From positions 704,001 through 768,000 of the forward strand of contig CAVTBU010000006.1 of NCBI GenBank assembly GCA_963733035.1: 64,000 nucleotides of DNA, written 5' to 3'. This stretch comes from Pirellulales bacterium (GTDB lineage: Bacteria > Planctomycetota > Planctomycetia > Pirellulales > PALSA-1355). Shown here piece by piece: positions 37,885-47,892 of this stretch. The notes under the pieces were generated by a model. The model searched no databases and had not been told where the DNA came from. It saw only the letters and a list, made by a program, of their open reading frames with translations. Every line of letters starts with the position of its first letter. The stretch's first letter is position 1. Made by a program: the position numbers and the translations under genes.

Positions 37885-40116
37885 TTGACTTCACGCCGCG
37901 GGATCATTTTCGGACTGTTGTTTCTTGCACTGGCATCTGTGGCCGTCGACGCCGTTGCCGCCGATTCCACAATCGACCCCAAGTCGCTCGCCCAGCGCGT
38001 CACGATCTATCGCGACGCCTACGGCATGCCGCACATTGACGGCGAAAATGACGATGCCGTGTTGTTTGGCTACGGTTACGCTCAGGCCGAGGATTATTTT
38101 TGGCAGATCGAAGACTCGTACGTGATGGGACTCGGCCGCTATGCCGAACTCTACGGCAAGCAGTTCCTCGCCAAGGATAAACGCAACCGGGCGTTCGAAA
38201 TTCCGCAGCGCTCGAAGGAAGACTACGAGAAGCTTGCGCCGGAACCGAAGCAGGCGGGCGCGTCGTTCGTGGCCGGCATCAACTATTACCTCGACACCCA
38301 CCCGAATGTGAAACCACGGCTGCTGAAACGGATCGAGCCCTGGTACCTGCTGGCGTTTGCCCGGGCGGCGACGCTGGAACTGCTGGGCGGTCATTTGCAC
38401 GTCTCCACCGACGACGTACCGAACGACTTTCCCCGCCGCAAGCTAGAGGAGGAAATCGAGGAGGCGAAGGGCAGCAATGCCTGGGCCATCTCAGGCAAAC
38501 GGACTCGTAGCGGCAATACGATGCTGCTCATCAACCCGCATCAGCCTTTCTATGGCTACGGCCAATTCTACGAAGCACACCTGCGCAGCGGAGCCGGTTG
38601 GAATTTCACTGGCGCATCGTTTTTTGGCACGCCGCTGCCGGTCATCGGCCACAACGAATACTGCGGTTGGGGCATGACTGTTAACGAACCCAACGCAGGT
38701 AGCTCGTGGCGCGAAACGTTTGACGATCCGAGCGAGCCGCTCAACTACCGCTACGGCGAGGGCTATCGCAAGGCGGTTGAATGGAAGGATACCATTCTGG
38801 TCAAGAACGGCCGCCGCATGGACACGGTCAAGTGCACATTCCGCAAGACGCACCGCGGGCCGATCCTGAAAAAGCTTAGCGACACGCAGTACGTTTCTGC
38901 GAACATTGGCAAGCTGTTCGAAGCGGTCCTTTCGCGTCAGAGCATCAAGATGCTGCAAGCCAAGAGCTTCAATGAGTTCCACGAAGCGATGAGCATGCTC
39001 GAATTGCCGCTGTTCAACGTGGTCTATGCCGACGTGCACGGCAACATCTTCTATGTCTACAACGGCATCGTTCCCAAGCGCGACCCGTCGTTTGATTGGT
39101 CGAAGACCGTCGACGGCAGCGACCCGCGCACCGAGTGGCAGGGCATTCACCCGCTTGAGGATCTGCCGCAGGTGCTCAATCCCGCGTCGGGCTATATCCA
39201 GAATTGCAACTCGACGCCGTTCACCACGACGGACGATTCAGGACCGGCCATCGGCGATTATCCCGAGTACATGGTTGAAGATCGCCACGACGACAAGCGG
39301 CGCGCGAAAATTTCTCGCATGTTGCTGCGCGAAGTCAAGGACATGACGTTCGACAAATGGCAGCAATTGTCGTTCGATACGACCGTCTATTGGGCCGTGT
39401 CGGAATTTCCGACCTACAAGCGAGAGCTCGAAAAGCTCAAACTGACCGATCCGACCCTGGCCGCGCAGGTCGAACCGTACATGGCGCACCTGCTCGATTG
39501 GGATTGCAAAGGCACCATTGAATCAACGCAGGCCACGCTCTGTATTGCCTGGTACGAGGAGCTGTACGGCTTCGGTTATCCGGCCGAAACGCTCAAGCGC
39601 CAGTACGTGTCGAACATTCCCGAACAGTTCAAGGCCCTGGTGAACGCGGCCCGCAAGCTGGAAAACACGTTTGGCAATTGGAAGGTGCCGTACGGAGACG
39701 TGAACCGCTTCCAGCGGCACGCCAACGTGTCGGACTTTTATCGCATTCCGTTCAGCGACAATCTGCCAAGCCTGCCCAGTGCCGGCATGCCAGGGCCGCC
39801 GGGCGTGGTGTTTACAATGTATTTCACGCCGTCGATCTATCTGCCGCCCATCAAGCTGATGAAGAAGCACTACGCGGTGGTGGGCACCAGCTACATGTGC
39901 ATTGTGGAGTTCGGTAGTAAGGTCAAGAGCCGCTCGCTCTTGCCGTACGGCACCAGCGGCGACCCAGAAAGCCCGCACTTTTTCGATCAAGCGGTGCTGA
40001 TGTCCAAAAAACAGATGAAGGAAAACTACCTCTATTTCGATGACGTCATCGCACATGCCAAGCGAAAGTACCACCCCGGCGAAGAGCAGCCCGTGGCCAA
40101 GCAGGCCCGTAAGTAG
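37885..40116 (+). CDS. Penicillin acylase family Ntn-hydrolase (PvdQ/QuiP-like)
   Basis: IYRDAYGMPHI, GYAQAED, GSNAWAI (Ser nucleophile), NPH, NVVYAD, QNCN and SPHFFDQ motifs. Start uncertain. Confidence 0.92.
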   Translation: MTSRRGIIFGLLFLALASVAVDAVAADSTIDPKSLAQRVTIYRDAYGMPHIDGENDDAVLFGYGYAQAEDYFWQIEDSYVMGLGRYAELYGKQFLAKDKRNRAFEIPQRSKEDYEKLAPEPKQAGASFVAGINYYLDTHPNVKPRLLKRIEPWYLLAFARAATLELLGGHLHVSTDDVPNDFPRRKLEEEIEEAKGSNAWAISGKRTRSGNTMLLINPHQPFYGYGQFYEAHLRSGAGWNFTGASFFGTPLPVIGHNEYCGWGMTVNEPNAGSSWRETFDDPSEPLNYRYGEGYRKAVEWKDTILVKNGRRMDTVKCTFRKTHRGPILKKLSDTQYVSANIGKLFEAVLSRQSIKMLQAKSFNEFHEAMSMLELPLFNVVYADVHGNIFYVYNGIVPKRDPSFDWSKTVDGSDPRTEWQGIHPLEDLPQVLNPASGYIQNCNSTPFTTTDDSGPAIGDYPEYMVEDRHDDKRRAKISRMLLREVKDMTFDKWQQLSFDTTVYWAVSEFPTYKRELEKLKLTDPTLAAQVEPYMAHLLDWDCKGTIESTQATLCIAWYEELYGFGYPAETLKRQYVSNIPEQFKALVNAARKLENTFGNWKVPYGDVNRFQRHANVSDFYRIPFSDNLPSLPSAGMPGPPGVVFTMYFTPSIYLPPIKLMKKHYAVVGTSYMCIVEFGSKVKSRSLLPYGTSGDPESPHFFDQAVLMSKKQMKENYLYFDDVIAHAKRKYHPGEEQPVAKQARK

Positions 40117-40128
40117 CGAGGGGGGGTG

Positions 40129-41436
40129 CTACAGTCTTGCTCGGTGCGTTTCTGCGGCGGCCCACACGGAAACCAGCGTCACCGCGGCCAGCGCGATCAT
40201 GTACACCGCGATCGGCCAGGGCTTCCCACCGCTCCATTGCAATAGCGCGGTTGAAATTAACGGGGCCAAACCGCCAGCCAACGGCGAGGCGAGCTGATAT
40301 CCGATTGAGGCGCCCGTATAGCGCACTTCGGTACCGAACAGTTCGCTGAAGAAAGCTGCCTGTGGAGCGTACATGGCCGCGTGGATGATCATCCCCGAGA
40401 CGATTGCCAGGCCAATCCAAAAACTGTCGGCCGTGTCGATTAGCCAAAAGAACGGAAACGAGAATGCGGCCAGCCCCAGCGCTCCGGCCAAGTAGACCGG
40501 CCGTCGGCCGAGCCGATCGGAAAGAATGCCGAACGACGGGATCACTGCGAACTGCACGGCCGAGGCGATTAGCACGCTGTTGAGAATCACGGTCCGCTCG
40601 ACGCCAAGTTCCACCGTGGCATACGTCAACACGAATACGGTGAAGATGTAAAAGCATCCGTTCTCCGCAAACCGAGCCCCCATCGCCAACAGCACGTTGC
40701 GGGGGTGGCGTTTAAAAACTTCGAAGAATGGCACGCGCGGCGGCGGTTTGGCCTCGCGAGCCTGAGCGAAAATCGGGCTTTCAAACACCTGAATGCGAAT
40801 GAACGTTCCCACGCCTAACAGAGCGATGCCCAGCAGAAACGGCAGTCGCCAGCCCCACCGCATGAACGCCTCGTCGGGCAGTAGCGAGAATAATTCGAAC
40901 GCAGCGGTCGCCAGCAGCAATCCTGCCGGCACGCCAGCTTGCACCCAACTGGCGTACAGCCCGCGCCGCCCGGCGTGCCCGTGCTCGACCGCCATCAGCA
41001 CCGCACCTCCCCATTCGCCCCCCACGCCAAAGCCCTGCACGAACCGTAGCAGCACCAGCAGCGCCGGCGCGGTCACGCCAATCTGCTCGTAGGTCGGCAA
41101 CACGCCGATCAAGAACGTGGCCATGCCCATCAACATCAGCGTCGTGACCAACATCGACTTGCGGCCCATGCGGTCGCCGAAGTGGCCGAACACCACGCCC
41201 CCGACTGGCCGGGCGAAGAAGCCGACCGCGTAGGTGGCAAACGCGGCCATCGTACCGGCCATCGGGTCGAGCGTTGGAAAGAAAAGCTGGTTAAACACCA
41301 GCGCAGCGGCCGTGCCATAGAGAAAGAAGTCGTACCACTCGATTGTCGTGCCAATGAAGCTGGCCAATACGACGCGCGTGATCGAGGCGGAACGCTCGCG
41401 GGCTTCCATGGGTTTGCCGGTGACCTCGGAATTCAT
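40129..41436 (-). CDS. MFS metabolite:H+ symporter (MHS, ShiA-like)
   Basis: GTTIEWYDFFLYG, FGHFGDRMGRK, QGFGVGGEWGGA and ELFGTEVRYTG motifs. Confidence 0.92.
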   Translation of the reverse strand: MNSEVTGKPMEARERSASITRVVLASFIGTTIEWYDFFLYGTAAALVFNQLFFPTLDPMAGTMAAFATYAVGFFARPVGGVVFGHFGDRMGRKSMLVTTLMLMGMATFLIGVLPTYEQIGVTAPALLVLLRFVQGFGVGGEWGGAVLMAVEHGHAGRRGLYASWVQAGVPAGLLLATAAFELFSLLPDEAFMRWGWRLPFLLGIALLGVGTFIRIQVFESPIFAQAREAKPPPRVPFFEVFKRHPRNVLLAMGARFAENGCFYIFTVFVLTYATVELGVERTVILNSVLIASAVQFAVIPSFGILSDRLGRRPVYLAGALGLAAFSFPFFWLIDTADSFWIGLAIVSGMIIHAAMYAPQAAFFSELFGTEVRYTGASIGYQLASPLAGGLAPLISTALLQWSGGKPWPIAVYMIALAAVTLVSVWAAAETHRARL

Positions 41437-41533
41437 TGGCGAGCCTCATTCATACCGAATTGCCAGCCGCGAAGCCATCGGCGGCAATTAGAAATCAATG
41501 GCGGACGCGCCAACGCGGCAGTGCAGGGCGAGT

Positions 41534-43028
41534 CTATGCCAGAAGTTCGTGTCGCACTTTGCCTTCGCCGGCAACCGGCAGCGGGCGGCCGAGGCGATCA
41601 CGGATGAGCGTTTCCGGATCAATGCCCAGCAAGTGATACATTGTCGCCAGGATGTCCTTCGGTGAGATGGGCGTGTCGAGCACGCTGCCGGCGATCCGAT
41701 CGGTGCGGCCCACGACCTTGCCCCGCGCCGCGCCGCCCCCCGCAAGCAACGTCGAATACGCCTGAGCCCAGTGCCCCCGGCCACCGCCTGAGACGTCCTC
41801 GAGCTTGGGCGTGCGGCCGTGCTCGGTGGTGCACACGATCAGCGTGTCGTCGAGCATGCCTCGGGCTTCCAAATCGAGCACCAAGGCGCTGAGCGCCCGG
41901 TCAAGCCCGGGGCAAAGTTGCTCGCGCATGAGTTCATAGTGGTAGAAGTGCGTGTCCCAGGCGCTATTGACTAATTCGAATTCATCCCACAGGACTGTCA
42001 CGAACTGCGAGCCGGCTTCAAGCAGACGCCGCGCCACGAGCGATGCCTGACCAAACAGTGTCATGCCATATTGCTCGCGCAGGCGCAGCCGGTTCACGGG
42101 CCACGTCAAGGGCCGCCGAGAGCGTATCGGTGGTCAGGTAATCGAACGCCTGCTCCCGAAAATCGTCATACGATCGTGTCGACGCGTTGACATCTGCCAT
42201 GCGTCGCGCATCATCGAACTGTTCCAGCAGCGTGCGGCGGCGATTGAGCCGATCGAGCGTCAGTCCCTCGGGCAAGCGTGCATCGGCCGCCAGCCCAAAA
42301 CGGCAATCGGGTTCGAGCGGACCATACGGATCGTGGCAGTGAATCGTCTGCTCGCCAAATGTGTACGTCGACTCGCGTGTGCCGCGCCCTTGAAAGTCGG
42401 TCCACAACGGATCGTACGCCCGCCCGAGCCACGCGCCATACGGCCCGGCGTTGTCTCCGGCCGCGTACGGCCTCCGCGAACTGAGCCGCCAGGGAAGCCC
42501 AATGTTGCGGGAAACGGGGGGAGCTGGTTCGCCGCGCTGATCGGCCAGGAAGTCGACCACCGAACCGATGAACGGCCAGTGCCGCGGATCGCGCGGACTC
42601 ATTTGTAGCGGTACATCGATCGTCGGTATGGACGTTAGCGTGAAGGCCGAGGCGTGCAGCGGATAGGGGTGGGTCATCGAACGTACGATCGTGGCCCGAT
42701 CGACGATCCGTGATGTCAGCGGCAACAGCTCCCCGATTTGAACCCCAGGCACACTCGTGGAAATGGCGCCCAACTCGCCGCGCACCTGGCTCGGCGCGAG
42801 GGGTTTGGGGTCGAACGTCTCGATCTGGCTGGCAGCACCGTAGAGATAGAGCAGAATGCATCGCTTGGCCTTGCCGAACGACCCGGAAACGGCGGGGTTC
42901 GCCAAAGTTGCCGTGCTCAGCGCGCCACCGGCGCCCAAACCCAACAGACCGAGAGATCCGGCTTGCAGGAAGTCGCGGCGCGATAGTCCATCGCAGAGGC
43001 GCTTGTGAGAGCCGAGGATTCGCAGCAT
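41534..43028 (-). CDS. DUF1501 family Tat protein; frameshift near 42085-42095
   Basis: LSRRDFLQAG, AKRCILLYLYG and TFDPKP in the N-part; YG...GQ..LVARRLLEAG, WDTH, EHGRTP and GRGHW in the other frame. Confidence 0.88.
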
Positions 43029-43248
43029 CGCACGAACTCGTTTGAGGGGCGGGCCTTGTCCATTTGGCAGCGGCCACCATTGTAGCAGTGCCTCAGTAGG
43101 AAAGGAACGAAATTTCCCGGGTTCGGCGGCCAGCCCGCGGCTTTTTTCCTTGTCGGCCGAAGGGTGCCGCGACACGGATCACAATGCACGGCCTATACTT
43201 TTTGGGTATCTGAGACAAGTTTCAAGCGTTCGGTTGCGTGAGGCCGTT

Positions 43249-43920
43249 ATGCGTGTTGAGAACAACGGTTATCGAACGACGCGGCGGCGTTTTGCGTTTT
43301 GGCTGGGGATGGGTCTGTTCACCCTCGGCGAGAAGTTGCACGCCGAAGGCCTGGATGCACTTGCTGCCGCCGCGATGCGGGCGACGGAATCAAAACGTTC
43401 CGTCACGCCTGATGCTGACGCCGCCAACAATACCGCCACTCCCGAGCACTGGACCGTCGGAGAGAACAACACCTGGCGATGGTTCGAACGCGAGAACCTC
43501 ATCGACGGCGAGTGGCGCGTGACTGGCATCACGACCCCAGTGAACAAGCTCACCGGTAATTACTATCAAGGCCACGGCTACCTCGAGGAAAGTCTGGCTC
43601 CCGAGTCGCTGCGAAACGGCAAGCTTCAGTCGAGTTCTGGCGACGCGAAAACCGTATCGGCATTTGAACGTGATCGCGGGCAGCCCAGCCCCACCCGCCG
43701 CGCACGTCACGGCCGTCCGCCGAGCCGCTGGCTACGAAGCCTGAAGGCCGAGGAGCTACGCATCTGGCTTAAGACGATCGACGTGCCCGAGGCCGGCGTC
43801 GAGGGAATGACTTTCTGGACGCACCTGACACGCGACCACTCGTTCGACCCGGCAAAGATCGAGGGATTGAACGAAGACGAACAGGCCAAGCTGCACGCCG
43901 CGGCGCACTACGGCTACTAG
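43249..43920 (+). CDS. Hypothetical exported protein with C-terminal paired His motifs
   Basis: TRRRF Tat-like N-terminus; C-terminal HLTRDH...KLHAAAH. Confidence 0.6.
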   Translation: MRVENNGYRTTRRRFAFWLGMGLFTLGEKLHAEGLDALAAAAMRATESKRSVTPDADAANNTATPEHWTVGENNTWRWFERENLIDGEWRVTGITTPVNKLTGNYYQGHGYLEESLAPESLRNGKLQSSSGDAKTVSAFERDRGQPSPTRRARHGRPPSRWLRSLKAEELRIWLKTIDVPEAGVEGMTFWTHLTRDHSFDPAKIEGLNEDEQAKLHAAAHYGY

Positions 43921-44264
43921 CGTACCCGACAGTTGAGAGTTGTCCGCGCCGCGAGAAGCGCAACGTCCATTGCAAGCGTGATTCCCGCACGTCACGATCG
44001 CCGGGCCCCAGCGACGAGCACAGTCTGGTTTAGCCAGCGACCCGTAGAATGCTCAAAACGTTGCGGTATCAAATGTGCTGATTTGGCAAACTGGGTAAAT
44101 GCCGTCGCCGATTTTGCCCCTGCGTCTTTGAACAAAAAGCGTGCAACTCGGATGGGGGTTTGGTATCTTTCCGGACGGGTGAAATCCGGGGCGTGGCCGT
44201 TGCTGGTATTTCCCTGCCAGGCGGTGCCACGTCTGTTTCCCGTTGGGCACGGGAGGGTCGTTCG

Positions 44265-45683
44265 ATGCACGACAACTGCAATCGAGCGGAAAGAGGCACG
44301 CCATCGAACGTCGCCGCAGGCCGCGGTGTTCAACCGAGGGCCGCTGACGATGCGGTCGAATCGCCATCCAGACTTAGCGGCGAGCGAAGTTTTGGTAAGT
44401 CCAATTCTCAACACGCTGCCACAGGGCGGTCGGTTGACCCGGCCAGGCTGGCACCGGTCAGGCCCTGGCATCGCTACTTGCTATCACGCGTGATGGCCAT
44501 GGCGGGCGGACCCCCACTTGCGGCCGCGCTATGGGATGGTCAGGAGATTCAGCCCAGCCAACGATCGCCGTTGGCAACCATCGTGGTCCACAATGCAGCG
44601 ACGTTACGTCGAATTGCAATCAACCCCTTCTTTCAATTTGCCGAAGCCTATGCCAACGGTCAGGTAGACATCATTGGTGACGTGGTCGAAGCCATCGTGG
44701 CAGTCAATCGTTCGATCAAAGCCTCGGCCGGTGCCAGCCTGCTCTACAAGGTGGTATCGAGTTGGTGTCGACTACCGAGATTCAACTCGCTGACAGCTGC
44801 GCGTGACAATGTTTATCACCACTACGACATTGGCAACGAGTTCTATCGTCTGTGGCTCGACCAGCAATTGGCCTATACCTGTGCCTACTTTCCCTCTCCA
44901 GACGTTTCACTGGAGGAGGCTCAAGTTGCCAAGTTCGACCACGTTTGCCGCAAGCTTTGGTTGCGTCCCGGTGAGCGCGTCGTCGAAGCTGGTTGCGGTT
45001 GGGGTGCGCTGGCATTGCATATGGCGCGTGAGTACGGAGTCCAGGTTCGCGCATTCAATGTGTCGCGCGAACAAATTGCTTATGTGCGCGAGCGGGCCAA
45101 GGCCGAGGGGCTTGCCGATCGCGTTGAATTCATCGAGGACGATTGGCGGCATATCCAAGGCCGCTACGATGCGTTCGTTTCCGTCGGAATGCTCGAACAC
45201 GTCGGCAAGGCAAACTATCAACGACTCGGCGAGGTAGTCCATCGCACGCTTTTACCGAACGGGCGCGGGCTGATTCATACCATTGGCCGCAATAAACCCG
45301 CTCCGGTCGATCGCTGGATCGAGCGGCGTATCTTTCCGGGCAGCTATCCGCCGTCGCTGGCCGAGATGATGCAGATTCTTGAACCGCGGGACTTTTCGGT
45401 TCTCGACGTCGAAAACCTGCGTTTGCATTACGCGCAAACCCTCCGGCACTGGCTTGCTCGTTTCGAACAGGCGATCGACCGTGTGACCAAGATGTTCGAC
45501 GAACGCTTCGTTCGTATGTGGCGACTCTACCTGGCCGGCTCGGTGGCGGCGTTCGAAACCGGCGAGCTGCAGCTATTCCAAGTTGTTTTCGCCCGCGGCG
45601 ATTCGAACGAAATCGCGCGCACTCGAGCGCATCTCTACAACGTGGAACCGCCGGCTTTGCCGGCACCGGCCGCGGGGTTCTGA
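44265..45683 (+). CDS. Cyclopropane-fatty-acyl-phospholipid synthase family methyltransferase
   Basis: HHYDIGNEFY, YTCAYF, EAGCGWG, SVGMLEHVG, IFPG, HYAQTL and MWRLYL motifs. Confidence 0.92.
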   Translation: MHDNCNRAERGTPSNVAAGRGVQPRAADDAVESPSRLSGERSFGKSNSQHAATGRSVDPARLAPVRPWHRYLLSRVMAMAGGPPLAAALWDGQEIQPSQRSPLATIVVHNAATLRRIAINPFFQFAEAYANGQVDIIGDVVEAIVAVNRSIKASAGASLLYKVVSSWCRLPRFNSLTAARDNVYHHYDIGNEFYRLWLDQQLAYTCAYFPSPDVSLEEAQVAKFDHVCRKLWLRPGERVVEAGCGWGALALHMAREYGVQVRAFNVSREQIAYVRERAKAEGLADRVEFIEDDWRHIQGRYDAFVSVGMLEHVGKANYQRLGEVVHRTLLPNGRGLIHTIGRNKPAPVDRWIERRIFPGSYPPSLAEMMQILEPRDFSVLDVENLRLHYAQTLRHWLARFEQAIDRVTKMFDERFVRMWRLYLAGSVAAFETGELQLFQVVFARGDSNEIARTRAHLYNVEPPALPAPAAGF

Positions 45684-45712
45684 AAACAACGCAACAGCCT
45701 GAGTGAAGCGTC

Positions 45713-46837
45713 ATGGACAGCTGCGACGTGCTGATCGTGGGCGGCGGACCGGCCGGTTCATCGTGCGCTTGGGGTTTGCGAGACACGAGACTCGACGTGC
45801 GGATTCTCGATCGCAAGCCGTTTCCTCGCGACAAGGTTTGCGCCGGTTGGGTTACGCCTCAAGTGTTCGAGGCGCTCGAGGTCGACATTGATGACTACCG
45901 TCGCCAGCGAGTCTGTCAGCCGATCACGGGTTTCCGCACTGGCATGATTGGCGGTCGCGAGGTTGAAAATCACTATCCGTGGCCCGTCAGCTACGGTATT
46001 CGACGCTACGAGTTCGACGACTACCTGCTCGATCGTTGCGGGGCCCGACTGGAGCTGCCCGCCGCGGCCGAACGCCTGGAGCGCGTGAGCGATGGGTGGG
46101 TGGTCAATCAATCGCTCAAGACAGGCTTGCTCGTCGGCGCGGGAGGCCACTTTTGTCCTGTCGCGCGGATCCTTGGCGCACGTTCGATTGAAACGCCTCC
46201 GGTCGTGGCCGCTCAGGAAGTTGAGTTTGCGGCCACGCCCCAGCAACTTGCCGCCGGCACGATCGAGGCCTCCACCCCCGAGTTGTTTTTCTGCCCCGAC
46301 CTCGAAGGTTACGGGTGGTGCTTCCGGAAGGGGGAATATTTGAATATCGGTCTCGGGCGAACGAGCCACGACCAGATTTCACTGCACGTGCAACAGTTCG
46401 TGGATTTCCTGCGAAGTCGCGGCAAGATTCATTGCGAACTACCGTCGCGATTTCGCGGCCACGCCTATCAGCTTTACGAGCGGACAGTGCCGAAATTGCA
46501 TGACGAACAAGTGTTGCTCGTGGGCGATGCCGCGGGCCTGGCTTATCCTCAAAGCGGCGAGGGAATTCGACCGGCGGTCGAGTCGGGATTGTTGGCCGCG
46601 CACACAATCGCTGCTGCTGACGGTGACTATTGCCGCCACAGTTTGGAGCCGTACGCCCAGGCTCTGATTGGCCGTCTCGGCACGCCCCGGCCTTCCGCCG
46701 CCAGTGGCTGGTTGCCGGCCAGTTGGCTCCGTGTGCTGGCCGCGCGGCTCATGGCCTCGCGTCAGTTCGCGCGCCGCGTCGTCATCGAGCGCTGGTTTCT
46801 GCATATGCACGAGGAGGCATGGCGAAAGGCGGAGTGA
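45713..46837 (+). CDS. Geranylgeranyl reductase family FAD oxidoreductase
   Basis: GGGPAGS, FPRDKVCAG, GYGWCF and VGDAAG..SGEGIRPA motifs. Confidence 0.88.
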   Translation: MDSCDVLIVGGGPAGSSCAWGLRDTRLDVRILDRKPFPRDKVCAGWVTPQVFEALEVDIDDYRRQRVCQPITGFRTGMIGGREVENHYPWPVSYGIRRYEFDDYLLDRCGARLELPAAAERLERVSDGWVVNQSLKTGLLVGAGGHFCPVARILGARSIETPPVVAAQEVEFAATPQQLAAGTIEASTPELFFCPDLEGYGWCFRKGEYLNIGLGRTSHDQISLHVQQFVDFLRSRGKIHCELPSRFRGHAYQLYERTVPKLHDEQVLLVGDAAGLAYPQSGEGIRPAVESGLLAAHTIAAADGDYCRHSLEPYAQALIGRLGTPRPSAASGWLPASWLRVLAARLMASRQFARRVVIERWFLHMHEEAWRKAE

Positions 46838-46861
46838 AGGGTGAGAAATGCACGCTTCGGC

Positions 46862-47788
46862 TCATTCTTTCGATTTGACGGGGGCGGTCTTCGGGAGCAG
46901 GAAATTCAACCGGCGAGGTAGGATTGAGACGCGAAAGGTTTTGTCGCAAATAGGCTCGCCGTCCAGGTTCATTTGTATTTTCTGGTTGGCTTCAATTTCG
47001 AACGATGCGAGTTGCCGGTAGATGACGCGCTGGGGCTCCTCGGTTTCCAGACGAATCATCTCACTTACCAGTGTTCCGGTCTCGGGAAAGGCAACGTCGG
47101 GCACAACCACCAGGTCGAGTAGTCCGTCGTTTAGCAGCGCCAGCGGAGCGACATGAAACCCACCTCCTGCCAGCCGCCCGTTTCCGATGCCCAGGAGCAT
47201 CATTTGCCCCGAGAAGGTTCCCTCGGGCGTGATGATCTTGCCTTCGTGAGGTTTCATCGAAAGCGCCTTGATCAGTCCAACGAGTGAGTAGGCGGCTCCG
47301 CCCAGCACCCGCTTCATTCCCGCGGGCGTTTCCGCGGTAATCTCCGCGCCGATCCCGGCGCTGGCGACGTTGATAAACGGACGGTCGTTGATCATTCCCA
47401 CGTCGATCCGCCGTGGCGCGGTAGTCGTGATGAGCGCAAGTGCCTCGGTTGGATCAAGCGGAATGTGACAGCCGTTGGCAAAGTCGTTTGCCGTTCCCAG
47501 GGGAATGATGCCGATGGCCGTGGTCGCCGCGTCGCCGGCCCGCAGCACGCCCGCGGCGACCTCGTTCACGGTGCCATCGCCGCCGGCCGCCACTACGATG
47601 TCGAACCGTGCCCGGGCGGCTTCCTCGGCAAACTCGCTCGCCTGGCCGCTTTCCCAAGTCACTCGCACTTGTACGTCATGCCCCTCTGAGCGGCAACGCT
47701 CGACCGCCTCACGCACGTGCGGCAAGTGGGCGCCCTTGCCATTGAGCACGATGCGCAGCGAACGATACGAACTCTCCTTGCCGATCAT
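46862..47788 (-). CDS. yegS: Lipid kinase YegS (DAGK family)
   Basis: LNGKG, VRVTWE, GGDGTVNEV, PLGTANDFA, GNGRLAGGG and NLDGEP motifs. Confidence 0.88.
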   Translation of the reverse strand: MIGKESSYRSLRIVLNGKGAHLPHVREAVERCRSEGHDVQVRVTWESGQASEFAEEAARARFDIVVAAGGDGTVNEVAAGVLRAGDAATTAIGIIPLGTANDFANGCHIPLDPTEALALITTTAPRRIDVGMINDRPFINVASAGIGAEITAETPAGMKRVLGGAAYSLVGLIKALSMKPHEGKIITPEGTFSGQMMLLGIGNGRLAGGGFHVAPLALLNDGLLDLVVVPDVAFPETGTLVSEMIRLETEEPQRVIYRQLASFEIEANQKIQMNLDGEPICDKTFRVSILPRRLNFLLPKTAPVKSKE

Positions 47789-47892
47789 GTGCAGCAGATC
47801 CCAGGGTTGGACGACAAACCGATGCGGTATTCTAGCGGTCGCGACAGTCTCACCCAAAAGAAGGCAGAAGGCACGCGACGAACCATGCGACG

